64,000 nucleotides of DNA from an uncultured Chloroflexia bacterium (GCA_963825525.1 CAWGTN010000002.1:1696001-1760000), one strand, 5' to 3'. Counted from the first letter of the stretch, positions 1-11,750 are shown. Program-made: numbers and translations. The notes: generated by a model not told the origin, from the letters alone.

Positions 1-750
1 CACTACGTCGTGCCGCGTGCCACGGCCCAGCCGCTCGCCTCGGCCGGAACAGCGATGCTCACCTTCCTCGCATGGCTCGTCCTGGCGCCGGTGGCGACCC
101 TGGCCGTCGTGGTCGACCCCAGCATTCCGTTCTTCGTCACGAGTGCCGCGATCGTCGCCACCATCCTGCTCCTGGTGCCGGCCGCACTGGCCGTGACGAA
201 CCTCAGCCAGACCATGCGAGGCCGATGGACGCTCGTATTCGGCGCCGGAACGGCCGCGTTCGCCATCATCGCCCTTGCCTTCCTGTTCGCCGTGTCGTTG
301 CTCGAGGCGATCGGCTCGTTGCGGGCGGTCGATGCCTTCGTCGGACGCACCGACTGGTCACGAGGCCTCTTCCTGTGGGCAGCCTTCGGCACCTTCAGCT
401 TCGCGGCATTTGCCATGGCCGAGCACGCCGTCCCGCGGATCATGCGACGGGCATGGGGCGGTGGATTCCTCTCCGGCGCCCAGATGTGGCTGGCGTTCGG
501 CGGGGTGACGATCGCCGGACTGGCGCTCATGGGGGGCGGACTGGCCGAGGGATCGTTCATGGCGCAGGGGACGCCCCCCGACGAGATCGCGTCCGGGGTG
601 CTGGTGTACCGCGCCGTCGCCTTCCTCGGGTTCGGGATGGTGGCGCTCGCCGGAGTCGCCCACATCGTCAACCTGTTCCTGATGTACACGAGCGGACGGC
701 GAGCGGACTACGCGGTGCCTGAGCAGGCCGCTGCGGCGGCGGGGCACTGA
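1..750 (+). CDS. cbb3-type heme-copper oxidase subunit I (CcoN)-like membrane protein, 5'-truncated, lacking His ligands
   Basis: Frame is open from base 1 (HYVVPRA...). Helix pattern follows the CcoN C-terminal half (YY.PK...; TDWxxG...; PR.....FWL) and a cytochrome c gene follows. HH and HxH ligands are absent. Confidence 0.6.
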   Translation, partial: HYVVPRATAQPLASAGTAMLTFLAWLVLAPVATLAVVVDPSIPFFVTSAAIVATILLLVPAALAVTNLSQTMRGRWTLVFGAGTAAFAIIALAFLFAVSLLEAIGSLRAVDAFVGRTDWSRGLFLWAAFGTFSFAAFAMAEHAVPRIMRRAWGGGFLSGAQMWLAFGGVTIAGLALMGGGLAEGSFMAQGTPPDEIASGVLVYRAVAFLGFGMVALAGVAHIVNLFLMYTSGRRADYAVPEQAAAAAGH

Positions 751-754
751 GACC

Positions 755-1231
755 ATGACGATCCACACGCCGATCGAATCGCGTTCCGGTGGCATCCCGG
801 CCTGGGCGGTGGGGCTCACCGTGTTCGTCCTGCTGGTGGGAGGCGTGTACTTCGCCTCGAACCTGGCGGGCGAGAATCCGCCGTTCGCCATCCCGGGAGC
901 CAGCGCACCCGCACCGTCGGGTGGCGCCCCCGACCCGGCGGTGGGCCAGGCACTGACCGAGCAGGCCGCGCCGACCTGCGCAACCTGCCACGGCGCCGAT
1001 CTCAATGGGCAGGCCAACTTCCCCAGTCTGCTCGGCGTGAACGACGGTCCGGTCAGCGAGAACCTGCAGGAGCTGGCAGCGGCGAACCCCGATACCTGGA
1101 TCGCCCTGTGGATCGACGGGACGAGACCCGAGACCGAGGGCATCGTGCGCGGCGGAATGCCGGCCTTCGGCGAACAGTTCAGCCCCCAGCAGATCGACGC
1201 CATCGTCGCCTACCTCCAGACGCTGCCGTAG
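755..1231 (+). CDS. membrane-anchored monoheme c-type cytochrome
   Basis: N-terminal TM helix, CATCH heme motif, distal MPAF methionine, 'IDAIVAYL' C-terminal helix. Confidence 0.9.
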   Translation: MTIHTPIESRSGGIPAWAVGLTVFVLLVGGVYFASNLAGENPPFAIPGASAPAPSGGAPDPAVGQALTEQAAPTCATCHGADLNGQANFPSLLGVNDGPVSENLQELAAANPDTWIALWIDGTRPETEGIVRGGMPAFGEQFSPQQIDAIVAYLQTLP

Positions 1232-1234
1232 TCG

Positions 1235-2146
1235 GTGGTCGATCCGGCCGCGCGCGTTGAGCGCGGCGTTCCCGTTCTCATCGGCGCCGATGAGATGGCC
1301 CGCATCGACGAGGCCGCTCAGCGCCTCGGCCTGACCGAGGACGCCCTGATGGAGTCGGCTGGCGCGGCGGTTGCCGAGGTTGCCCAGGCGGAGCTCGGTC
1401 GCCTCGCGGAACGGGTGCGCGGTCCCGGCGGACCGCTGGTGAGACCGCCGCTGGTCGTCGTCCTGTGCGGGCCGGGAAACAACGGTGGTGACGGCTTCGT
1501 GGTCGCCCGCCGCCTCGCTGCCACCGGTCGCTCGGTGCTCGCCATCCTGTGCGCCGATGCCTCCAAGCTCTCCGGCCACGCGGCCGGCCACAACTGGAAC
1601 GTCCTCCAGGCCATGGCCGCGGCCGGGTCGCTCGAGCTCTTCGTGGCGCCAACGCCCGAGCTGCTGCTCCGGCTGCGTGAGCGGATTGCCGATGCCACGC
1701 TGCTCGTGGACGCGCTGCTCGGCTCCGGTGCCGCCGGTCCGCTGCGTGAGCCGATCTCGACGGCCGTCGACCTCGTCAACGCGTCGCGCAGCCACGCGCA
1801 TGCGGCCGGTCGACCGTTCGCCGTCCTGGCCGTGGACACCCCGACGCGCGTGGATCTCACCGGTGGGGCGCGCTCCACGCCGGTGGTGACAGCCGATGTC
1901 ACCGTGACCTTCCATCGGGCCAAGGCGGGCTTCGCCCTCGATCGCGACGCGCGACAGTTGGCCGGTCGCTACCTGGTCGCGCCGATCGGCATCCCGCTCG
2001 AGGCGGAGGAGGACATCATCCCGCCCGACGGCGAGTACCCGCCCGGACGCATCACCGAGGTCAACTGGCAGGAGCCGGTCGAGCGCGCCGACGCGGCCCA
2101 CCGAGCTGGCGGAGGGATCGCCGCCGGACCCGGACGCACTGACTGA
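1235..2146 (+). CDS. nnrE: NAD(P)H-hydrate epimerase (YjeF N-terminal domain)
   Basis: LMESAG, CGPGNNGGDG, VDALLGSG, AVDTPT and TVTFH motifs. Confidence 0.9.
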   Translation: MVDPAARVERGVPVLIGADEMARIDEAAQRLGLTEDALMESAGAAVAEVAQAELGRLAERVRGPGGPLVRPPLVVVLCGPGNNGGDGFVVARRLAATGRSVLAILCADASKLSGHAAGHNWNVLQAMAAAGSLELFVAPTPELLLRLRERIADATLLVDALLGSGAAGPLREPISTAVDLVNASRSHAHAAGRPFAVLAVDTPTRVDLTGGARSTPVVTADVTVTFHRAKAGFALDRDARQLAGRYLVAPIGIPLEAEEDIIPPDGEYPPGRITEVNWQEPVERADAAHRAGGGIAAGPGRTD

Positions 2147-2156
2147 GGTCAGCGGA

Positions 2157-2747
2157 TCAGCTGGCTCCGCGTCGATGCAGCGCGACGCCCGACGCGCACA
2201 GGTCACACGCATCGGCGTCGAATGACGGGATCTCGATCCGGCCCAGTGCGTGCACGGGGATCCCGACGTCGGCCGAACCGGCGGATCGGTCAGCGATGAC
2301 GGCCGCGGCCACCGGTTCTATGCCGGCGGCGCGCACCGCCTCGATCGTCTCGACCAGGGATGCACCGGTTGTCAGGATGTCGTCGACGATGACTACTCGC
2401 TCGTCCGCTGCGATGGGCCAGCCACGGCGCAGCTCACGAGCCGCATCACCCGCGGGCTCCGCAAACGCGGCGCGCACCGTCCCGCCCAATTGGCGCGCCG
2501 TCTCGAACGATAGGAGCACGCCGCCGGTCGTGGGACCGACGACAAGCGTCGGCGCGTGCGGTGCCAGCGCCTCGGCCATGCGACGGCAGAGCTCGACCCC
2601 GTAGCGCGGATGCTGCAGGACCAGGAACTTCTCGAGGTAGCGCGCGGCGTGGCGTCCGGACTTGAGGAGGAAGTGGCCCTCGAGCAATGCACCGGCATCG
2701 GCGAACAGCTCCTCGACCGACGCGGCGCGCAGGTCGGTGACGGTCAC
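2157..2747 (-). CDS. pyrE: orotate phosphoribosyltransferase
   Basis: LLEGHFLLKSGRH, PRPP motif VVIVDDILTTGAS, pyr cluster context. Confidence 0.92.
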   Translation of the reverse strand: MTVTDLRAASVEELFADAGALLEGHFLLKSGRHAARYLEKFLVLQHPRYGVELCRRMAEALAPHAPTLVVGPTTGGVLLSFETARQLGGTVRAAFAEPAGDAARELRRGWPIAADERVVIVDDILTTGASLVETIEAVRAAGIEPVAAAVIADRSAGSADVGIPVHALGRIEIPSFDADACDLCASGVALHRRGAS

Positions 2748-3571
2748 TCGTAGACGGCCGAGAAGTCCACGGCCGGATAGCGCTCCGCCAATGCCTCGGT
2801 CACCCAGTGCAGGACGTCGGCTGGGTCATAGAAGGCGGCGATCGTCTTCGCCTCGGTCACGAACAGTCCGGGCCGCCGTGCCTCTGCCCCGGCCACCACG
2901 TCCTGCGGCCGATCAGAGAGATCCAGGCTCGTCTCGAACCGGCCGTCGGCGCGGAGGATGAGCATGTCCTCCTCCTCGTCGAGCAGCGGCAGATCACCGG
3001 TGCGGCGCAGGACCTCCTCCGCGTTCGAGGTGAACTCGCGCAGCAGCTGTGCCTGGGCCGTTCCGAGCTGGGCCCGATACGCATCGGCGAGCTGCCACAG
3101 CCGCTGGGCAGCCAGTGTTTCCTGCTGCGGCGGAGGAAGCTCGGACTGCCAGTCATCGGGGGTGGCGCCTTCGACGAGCTCTTCTTCCTTCGCCAGCTCA
3201 TCGGCCGAGACGAGGTGGCCGGGGGCATCGCGCGCCGCCTCGATCAGCCACGAGAAGATGTCGGCCGGGTTGTAGAGCTCGATCAGCTCGCTGATCGTGT
3301 CGACGATCTGCTCTTCGTCGTACCACTCGCTGTCCGCCGGGTCCTGGTAGGTGAGGCGGGTCGTCCACGTCTCGTCGATGGGGTGGTAGAGCAGGTAGTC
3401 CTGCTCGTTGTCGACCAGCTTGATCGGACCGATCTCGCGCAGCCGATCCTTGTTCTGATCCAGGAATCGGCGGATCTGCTCGGTCGCCTCGTACAGGAAG
3501 TCGCGACGCTCGAGCTCGGCCTCGGCCGCGAGCTCGCGGAGGGCAACCAGGCGCGGAGAAGGCGCGCTCAC
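2744..3571 (-). CDS. acidic hypothetical protein with an internal two-fold domain duplication
   Basis: Overlaps both neighbours by 4 nt; repeated motif ELYNPADIFSWLIEA / AFYDPADVLHWVTEA. Confidence 0.7.
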   Translation of the reverse strand: MSAPSPRLVALRELAAEAELERRDFLYEATEQIRRFLDQNKDRLREIGPIKLVDNEQDYLLYHPIDETWTTRLTYQDPADSEWYDEEQIVDTISELIELYNPADIFSWLIEAARDAPGHLVSADELAKEEELVEGATPDDWQSELPPPQQETLAAQRLWQLADAYRAQLGTAQAQLLREFTSNAEEVLRRTGDLPLLDEEEDMLILRADGRFETSLDLSDRPQDVVAGAEARRPGLFVTEAKTIAAFYDPADVLHWVTEALAERYPAVDFSAVYE

Positions 3572-3894
3572 GGCTTGTACACGAAGTCCGGGCCCATCCG
3601 TTCTCGCAGGAAGATCGTGTGCTTCGAGTCGAAGACCGATTCCGCCACCCGGTGCCCGAAGCCGCGCATCGACGGATCGGCGTAGAGCTGGTCAAGCACC
3701 GCGTAGTTCGGCAGGTCCAGGATCAGGACGTTGTTCCAGGTGGATCCCTCGGTCACGTTGAACCAGCCGACGAACCGGACACCGTACTTCTCCTCGGTCT
3801 GCCGGGCTGTCCTCGGGAAGATGTGGCGCATCCCGCGCTTGAAGATCGTGTCGCGGCCCTTGCGGACGTTGAAGAAGGTGACCATCAGCGGCAT
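3568..3894 (-). CDS. hypothetical protein, possible NIPSNAP-like dimeric alpha/beta barrel
   Basis: 108 aa; 'EKYGVRFVGWF...LDLPNYA' pattern; coupled to its neighbours. Confidence 0.6.
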   Translation of the reverse strand: MPLMVTFFNVRKGRDTIFKRGMRHIFPRTARQTEEKYGVRFVGWFNVTEGSTWNNVLILDLPNYAVLDQLYADPSMRGFGHRVAESVFDSKHTIFLRERMGPDFVYKP

Positions 3895-4263
3895 TCAGTC
3901 ATCTCCTGGTTCATCGGTTGCGTCCTTGTCGGTCGTGATGATGCTCACCGGCGGCTGGGCGACCCCGGTCTGCCGCCCTCGTCCGCGTCGCCGATCGGCG
4001 AAGAAGACGCGGAGCAGGAAGACGCTCGTCATGCTGACGAAGAAGAGCAGCACGAGGTCCGCGAACAGGAGCGTGGCGAGCAGCCATACCGGCCAGTTGA
4101 ACGTGAAGAGGCCGACCGGGATGAGGAGCAGGATGGCGGCGAACAGGATCGCCTGGGTGACGAAGCATCCGAATCCAGGTCCCTCGTTCGGGTCGAGTTC
4201 CTCGTTGTAACGGATCGACAAGCCATGCCTCGTCTGTAATGAGCGGCGAGTGGCGAGCCGCAT
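3895..4263 (-). CDS. hypothetical two-TM membrane protein (start uncertain)
   Basis: Two hydrophobic segments followed by an Arg-rich stretch; abuts the next ORF. Confidence 0.6.
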   Translation of the reverse strand: MRLATRRSLQTRHGLSIRYNEELDPNEGPGFGCFVTQAILFAAILLLIPVGLFTFNWPVWLLATLLFADLVLLFFVSMTSVFLLRVFFADRRRGRGRQTGVAQPPVSIITTDKDATDEPGDD

Positions 4264-4383
4264 GGTCCCACATCCACGCTCGGGCTGCGCTCTGCGTGAG
4301 GTGCTGGCCGCTGTTCATGGCGAGTGTGCAAGAGACTTGCACACTTCCGCCCTTCGGCTGATACGTGGCAGCCAGGTGCCGAG

Positions 4384-5738
4384 TCAGCTTCGGTAGGTCA
4401 GCCGGCCATCCGCAACGGTCAGCCGCACGACGCCCGGGAGCTCCATCCCGACCAGTGGCGTGTTCGACGCGCCCGAGGCGAAGTCCTCGGCCTGGATCGT
4501 CCACCGAGCCGATGGATCGAAGACCACCAGGTCCGCCGCCTGCCCAACGGCGAGGCTTCGCCGTTCGCCGATGATCTCGGCCGGACGGATCGACAGCGCC
4601 GCGATGAGTCGGGGCAGGTCGAGCCGGCCGGCTTCCACGGCGGCCAGGCCGATGCCGAGCGCTGTCTCCAGGCCGATCATTCCCGGCGCCGCTTCCCCGA
4701 ACGGCACCAGCTTGCGCTCGACCGGATGCGGTGCATGGTCCGTTGCGATGGTGTCGATGGTTCCGTCCGCCAGCCCGGCGAGCAGGGCCAGGGCATCGTC
4801 GCGGGACGCCAGCGGCGGGTTGACGCGGCACATGGCGTCGTAGGAGCGTGCCGCATCGACCGGCCGAGGATCCTCCGGCTCCTCCCAGGCAAACCGTCGC
4901 GATCCCTCGACCCACGCGTCGGTGAGGGACAGGTGGTGAGGTGTCACGTCGCAGGTGACCGGCAGGCCGCGGCCGCGCGCCCGCCGAATCGCCTCGAGCG
5001 CAGCGGCCGTCGAAATGTGGGTGAGATGGAGGCGCCCCCCGGTCTCGTCGCACAGCGCGATGTCGCGCTCCACGACCGTCAGCTCGGCGCTCGGCGTCCA
5101 CCCCCGCAACCCGAGCCGAGATGCGGTCGGGCCGGCGCGCATCTCGGTGCCGTGGGCCAGCGACGCGTCCTCCGCATGCTCGATCAACGGCCGACCGACG
5201 CCACGCAGGTAGCTGAGCGCGGCCCGGGTGAGGCTCGACGATGGAACGGACGCCCCATCGTCAGAGAAGGCGACGGCGCCGGCGTCCGCCATCGCCTGGA
5301 GATCAGCGAGCGCCTCACCCTGCCGGCCGACGCTGATGGATCCGATGGCGCGGACCCGACACGAAGCCTCGCGAGCCTGCTCCAGCACCCAGCTGATGCG
5401 CGCCGGCTCGTCGAGCGGGGGATCGGTGTTCGGCATCGCGCACACGGTGGTGAATCCGCCGCGCGCCGCGGCGCGGGCGCCCGACGCAATCGTCTCGGGA
5501 CCCGGATCTCCGGGTTCACGCAGGTGCACGTGAAGGTCGCAGAAGCCTGGCGCCGCCACGAGCCCGTGAGCGTCGATGCGCTCGACAAGCTCCCCGGCTC
5601 GGTCGGCATCGGCAAGGTGCCCATCGAGCACGGCGAGATCGCGGACAACGTCCGTTCCGTCATTCGGATCAATGACCCGCACCCCGGTCAGGACGAAGGA
5701 GACGGGTGGGTCGGTCAGTCGGCCGAATCGGCCAGGCG

Positions 5739-5742
<4 letters not shown>
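4384..5742 (-). CDS. pyrC: dihydroorotase
   Basis: DLHVHLREPG, MPNT, HIST, VNPPL and IATDHAPH motifs. Confidence 0.95.
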
Positions 5743-7257
<1,515 letters not shown>

Positions 7258-7281
7258 TTCGACGCGAAGTATAGCCGCGCG

Positions 7282-9017
7282 TTACGGGCCGCTGGTCCCG
7301 GAGCCGCTCGCGAACACCGCCGGTCCGTACCATCCGGCGGAGGGCGGATTCAGCGGCCGGACCTCGTCGGCGACGTCGCCGGTGTTGCGCGTCACGAGCA
7401 GGAGCCGCGCCGATGGCGGATCGAGCACGCCTGCCCGAGAGCTGGCCGCCGTGATGAGCAGATGACGCCCGGTCGGGAGCGATCTTGACGTCGACCGCGC
7501 GCTCGCCTTCGGCCATGTCGGCATCGTCGATGGCATGGCGTTCGGGTCAGGCCGCGAGGATCGCTCGCGTGCCCGAAGTAGACGTTTGCCGCATCCGGGT
7601 AGACATCCTCCGCCGGTCCCTGCGATGTCCCCAGCCAATCGACATTCCATACCGCCAGCGCATCCCCATCCGCTCCCCAGGCGATGGCCGCCGATGCGAA
7701 TGCGCTGCGCCCGATGCTGAGATCGCTGAACAGCTCGCGTGAGTTGGCGAACTCGTAGCCGCCGGCGCCGTCTCCCACGTTCTCGGCCAGCCACGGCGCA
7801 CCACCCTCGCTGAAGAGCCACCCGGACCCGTCGGGCTCCATGCGCCCCGACCAGAAGATGACCAGCGCGCCGTTGGGCGAGATGAGGGGCTGGAACACGT
7901 TCTCGGCCGCGGGATATGGCCCATCCGCCGGGTCGGACGGCGCGGCGCCCGAGGGACCATCGCGGGAGATGCTCGTGAGATAGCTGCGTGGCACGTCGCC
8001 GGCGGTGCTCACCCAGAGATGTGTGCTTCCGTCGTCTTCGAGCACCCAGCTGCCGGCATAGGCGTTGCCCACGTTGGTGATCGGCTCTGCCTCCTCCGCG
8101 CCGACGTTGAAGACCCAGGCGTCCGCCTCGCCGCTGCCGGCGTCCGAAACCGTGAATGCCAGGTTGTAGGCGTCCGGCGACCATGCCATGCGCTCGAGGA
8201 ACGGGCTGCCGGCCGTCGACTCGGCAAGCACCAGCGTGTCACCCACGGCGACCGGGGAGTCGATGGCGTCGAAGCCCGGCAGCGGCGTATCGGTGATGCG
8301 GGTCGCGCGGATCTCGTTGAGGCCGCTCTGGCCCAGCTCGGTGATGTAGGCGAGCCACTGACCGTCGGGCGACAGCTCGGCGGCGATGGGCGGTCCGGCC
8401 GGGGTAGCAACTTCCGCGAACGTGTCGCCGCTGTCCCCGTCGCGCACCGTCAGTGCCTGGTTGTCGACCGGGCCGGTCAGCGCCAGAAACGCATCGGGTT
8501 CCGGCGACGACGCAATCGGCGAGGCCGACGGGACGGGCACGTTCGAGATCGTCGGGGAGGCGAGTGCGCTCCCGCTCGGTTCGGGCGTGGCGCTGATCGA
8601 CGGGTCGGCGCTGCCGGACGGGCCGATGACCTCGGTTGGGGTCGGCGTGTTGCGCCCGATATCCGGGCCGGCCGCCGAGCCGTTGATGATGACGATGGCC
8701 AGGAGGGCGCCGGCGACCGCGGCCAGGCCGCCACCGACCCCGGCGAAGATCACCGCGGGCCGCCGCCACCATGGCAATCCCGCCAGGCGTCCGGTCTCGA
8801 TTCCGGTGCGGACCCGGGCGTCGAGGTCCCGGGGCGGGGCAACGTGTCGGAGGCCGGCGATGATCCTGCGCTGATCGGTGAACGCGGCCAGGGTGGCTCG
8901 ACAGGCGGCACAGCCGGCCAGGTGCGCATCCAGTCGCTGGCGTTCCGCGTCGCTCAGGTCGTCGCTCAGCGACGCGCTGATGAGCTCCTCGAACGACTCG
9001 TGGCGGTTCATGGTCAT
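7282..9017 (-). CDS. zinc-finger anti-sigma factor with TM helix and extracytoplasmic TolB-like beta-propeller (two apparent +1 indels near 7478 and 7538)
   Basis: HLAGCAAC ZAS motif, TM helix, Pro/Ser/Thr linker, SPDG/WSPD repeats; ATGA overlap with the sigma gene; removing two single C restores one frame to 7282. Confidence 0.8.
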
Positions 9018-9619
9018 CGGACGAATCCCTCGGCCGCCAGGGCGCGGCGCATCTCGCCGCGAGCACGGCACAGGAGCGTCCGAACCGCCGCGTAGGAGAG
9101 GTCCATCACCTCGCCGATCTGGTGTGCGCTCATGTCGTCGAGGTCGCTGAGCAGCAGGCACTGACGATGGTTCGGACGAAGCTGCATGAGCGCGCGCTGC
9201 ACCCGCTCGTCGAGCGTGGCCGCCATGACCTGCGCCTCCGGCCCGGGGCCCTGATCGGCTCGATTGGCGTAGACGTCGGCGTCGTCGCCCATGGGCGAGA
9301 CCATCCGGCGCCGGCGCATGTCGTCGATGGCCGTGTTCGTGGCGATCCGATACAGCCACGAACGGGTCGCGGCCGAGTCGGTGATGGTGTCGAGCTTTCG
9401 ATAGGCCTTGATGAACGTGTCCTGGGTGATGTCGGCGGCCCGGTCGGGGTCGCCGACCATGCGGAGGACGTAGTTGTGAATCGGTGAGGAGAACTCGTCG
9501 AATATGCGTGCGAACTCGGCCTCGCGGTCACTGGTGACGCGCTGGGTCACCGTGGGAGCCTCCCACGGGAGCCGGCCGTGAATCGCCACAGACTCCACCT
9601 CGTCCTCCGCAATACCCAC
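9014..9619 (-). CDS. ECF RNA polymerase sigma-70 factor (start may be GTG 9598)
   Basis: Region 2 (DITQDTFIKAY, SWLYRIATN) and region 4 (IGEVMDLSYAAVRTLLCRAR). Confidence 0.92.
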   Translation of the reverse strand: MGIAEDEVESVAIHGRLPWEAPTVTQRVTSDREAEFARIFDEFSSPIHNYVLRMVGDPDRAADITQDTFIKAYRKLDTITDSAATRSWLYRIATNTAIDDMRRRRMVSPMGDDADVYANRADQGPGPEAQVMAATLDERVQRALMQLRPNHRQCLLLSDLDDMSAHQIGEVMDLSYAAVRTLLCRARGEMRRALAAEGFVR

Positions 9620-9660
9620 CCCTCCTCGACCGGTCCCTGACGCACGTCCATGGCCATCTG

Positions 9661-10644
9661 TTACTGATCGAGGTGCGCGCGCAGCACCTCGGCCGCGTAT
9701 TCGGGGGCGACGGGGTTGACGGCGAGTGCCGTGGCGCGCTCGAGCCCCGCGATCACCCGGAGGCGCGGATGGATCTCCCAGTGCCAGTGGAAGGTCTGAT
9801 CCAGGCGCTCGCCCGATGGGGCCGTGTGCAGAAACAGGTTGTAGGGCGGATTCCCCAGCGCATCGAGCGCGAGCAGCGTCCGCTGCAGGGTCGCGGTGGT
9901 GGCGGCGATCGCTTCGTCGTCGAGCTCGGTGAAATCGGCGGCATGGGCGCGCGGCACGACCATCATCTCAAACGCGGATCGGCTGGCCGCGGGCGCGAAG
10001 ACGACGGCATGGTGGTCGGCGAACACGAGCCGTTCGCCGCTCTCCTCCTCCGACTCGGACAGCGCGCACCAGACGCAGCGGCGCGACTTGATCATCTGTC
10101 GCGCGCCGCCGCCGATCTCCTCGGCAACCCAATGCGGCACCTGCGGGATCGCATACAGCTCCACGTTGAGGTGCGGGCTTCGAGAGCCTGCCTGCCGTCC
10201 ATGGCTCTGGACGACCTGGATGTAGAGCGGTTCGGGGCGACCATCGGCATCCGGCTCGCGTGGTGCGGCGCCGAGCGAACGCATCGCGTCCCGGGCGGCA
10301 CGCAGAAGGGCGCCGGCCAACTGGGGTGCCGCATCGGCCATGCGCTCGTGGTGGTCGCGCGGGCCGACCAGGATCTCCCATGAACCGGTGGCGCGTTCGA
10401 CCTCGCTGATGCTGAGCTGCGCGGCCCGTTCCTTCGACGAGTCGATCCGGTGGAATGCGTCCGATCGCAGCGGCACCCGACGGACCTGGTGCGGCGCCTC
10501 ATCGTCATCGGCATCGTCGCAATGTCGGCAATGGGTTCCCTCGACCGGCTGCGCTTCAACGGCGAAGGCGTCGCGGTCGAAGGCCCGGTCGGCGACGATG
10601 GCCGACCACCAGCCGGTGACCGGGTCGCGTCGCAGCTCGAACAC
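9661..10644 (-). CDS. GalT-like (galactose-1-phosphate uridylyltransferase family) protein with a degenerate catalytic motif
   Basis: ELRRDPVTGWW N-terminus, AGSRSPH, CVWC, PYN..LHTAP, HWHWEIHPRL..AGLE. Confidence 0.8.
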   Translation of the reverse strand: MFELRRDPVTGWWSAIVADRAFDRDAFAVEAQPVEGTHCRHCDDADDDEAPHQVRRVPLRSDAFHRIDSSKERAAQLSISEVERATGSWEILVGPRDHHERMADAAPQLAGALLRAARDAMRSLGAAPREPDADGRPEPLYIQVVQSHGRQAGSRSPHLNVELYAIPQVPHWVAEEIGGGARQMIKSRRCVWCALSESEEESGERLVFADHHAVVFAPAASRSAFEMMVVPRAHAADFTELDDEAIAATTATLQRTLLALDALGNPPYNLFLHTAPSGERLDQTFHWHWEIHPRLRVIAGLERATALAVNPVAPEYAAEVLRAHLDQ

Positions 10645-10674
10645 GGCCGCATCGTACTCGATGCGCCGCCATCC

Positions 10675-11703
10675 TCAGCGGAGGTGCTCGATGACCTCGA
10701 ACGGATCGGTGCTGACGATGGGTGTGGCGAAGAGCTCCATGGCGCCGATGTCGGACGATCGTGAGGCCAGGTCGCCGCGGTCCACGATCCGGACCATGGG
10801 CGGGAACGACTCCCAGCCGACGGCTCCGCCGATCGGTGCCCGCCACAGCGCGAGGTTGAAGGAACGGACCGCGAGCCGATCACGGTACGCCTCGAGGGTC
10901 TGGCCCAGGGCGTTCGCGAAGGACAGGTCCGTCTCATCCATCCCCGCGCTCCCGATGAGGATGACCTCGCGCTCCTTGCGGGGCGTGAGGCTGGCGATGA
11001 GCGTCACGCCGTCGGCGAGGTCGATCGCCAGGCCCAGGCTGCGGTGCACCGCGATGAGCTCCTCGACGAGGTCCGCCTCATGGTCCGCGACATACCGGGC
11101 TGCGTCGCGTCGAAACTGCTCGACCTGCTGGTAGTGCCGCCCCGATCCGAGCAGCGCCTGCGCGTGGCCATGGACGATCGAGCCCCCGGCGCGCCACAGG
11201 CAATTCCAGATCAGGAGGTAGTTCACCGCGCCCGGATCAGCCTCGTGCGCTCGTTCGGCCCATGTACGACCGGTGGCCAGGACGTCGCGAACCAGATCGC
11301 CGTCGAATTCGAGGGGGTCGTGGCGGTCGAACACCAGCACCGCGTGGTGTCCTTCGCCGAGGGCTGCGTTCGCGCCGCTGGTGACGTGGCGGCCGTGCAC
11401 GCGGCCGAAGGTGTCCGCCGGGGTCCCGGTCATCGGCTCGCAGAACGGATCGCCGCCGGTGTGGTCGATCGCCGCGATCATCTCCGCGGCGCCATCGCTC
11501 TCGTCGATGGGCCGGTGCGCCCGCAGCGGCGCGAAGATCGTTGACTCCAGTGTCGCCGGGTTCGTCACCTTGACGATCGCCTGGTCCCGTACCGCCGCCA
11601 CGGATCCGAAGCGAGCCGCGAGCCAGGCATGCAGCTCGGGCGGCGGATCGGTCTGGCCGCGCACGACGTGGGCCTCGACAAGGCGGGCAGCGCGTTCACG
11701 CAT
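10675..11703 (-). CDS. HIT/GalT-superfamily nucleotidyltransferase-like protein (possible CTG start at 11754)
   Basis: DPFC.P and WNCLWRAGGSIVHGHAQ (intact HxHxQ). Confidence 0.7.
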   Translation of the reverse strand: MRERAARLVEAHVVRGQTDPPPELHAWLAARFGSVAAVRDQAIVKVTNPATLESTIFAPLRAHRPIDESDGAAEMIAAIDHTGGDPFCEPMTGTPADTFGRVHGRHVTSGANAALGEGHHAVLVFDRHDPLEFDGDLVRDVLATGRTWAERAHEADPGAVNYLLIWNCLWRAGGSIVHGHAQALLGSGRHYQQVEQFRRDAARYVADHEADLVEELIAVHRSLGLAIDLADGVTLIASLTPRKEREVILIGSAGMDETDLSFANALGQTLEAYRDRLAVRSFNLALWRAPIGGAVGWESFPPMVRIVDRGDLASRSSDIGAMELFATPIVSTDPFEVIEHLR

Positions 11704-11750
11704 CGGGCCGCGCAGCGCATCCAGCCGTTCCGGCAGCTCGAGGATGCTCG

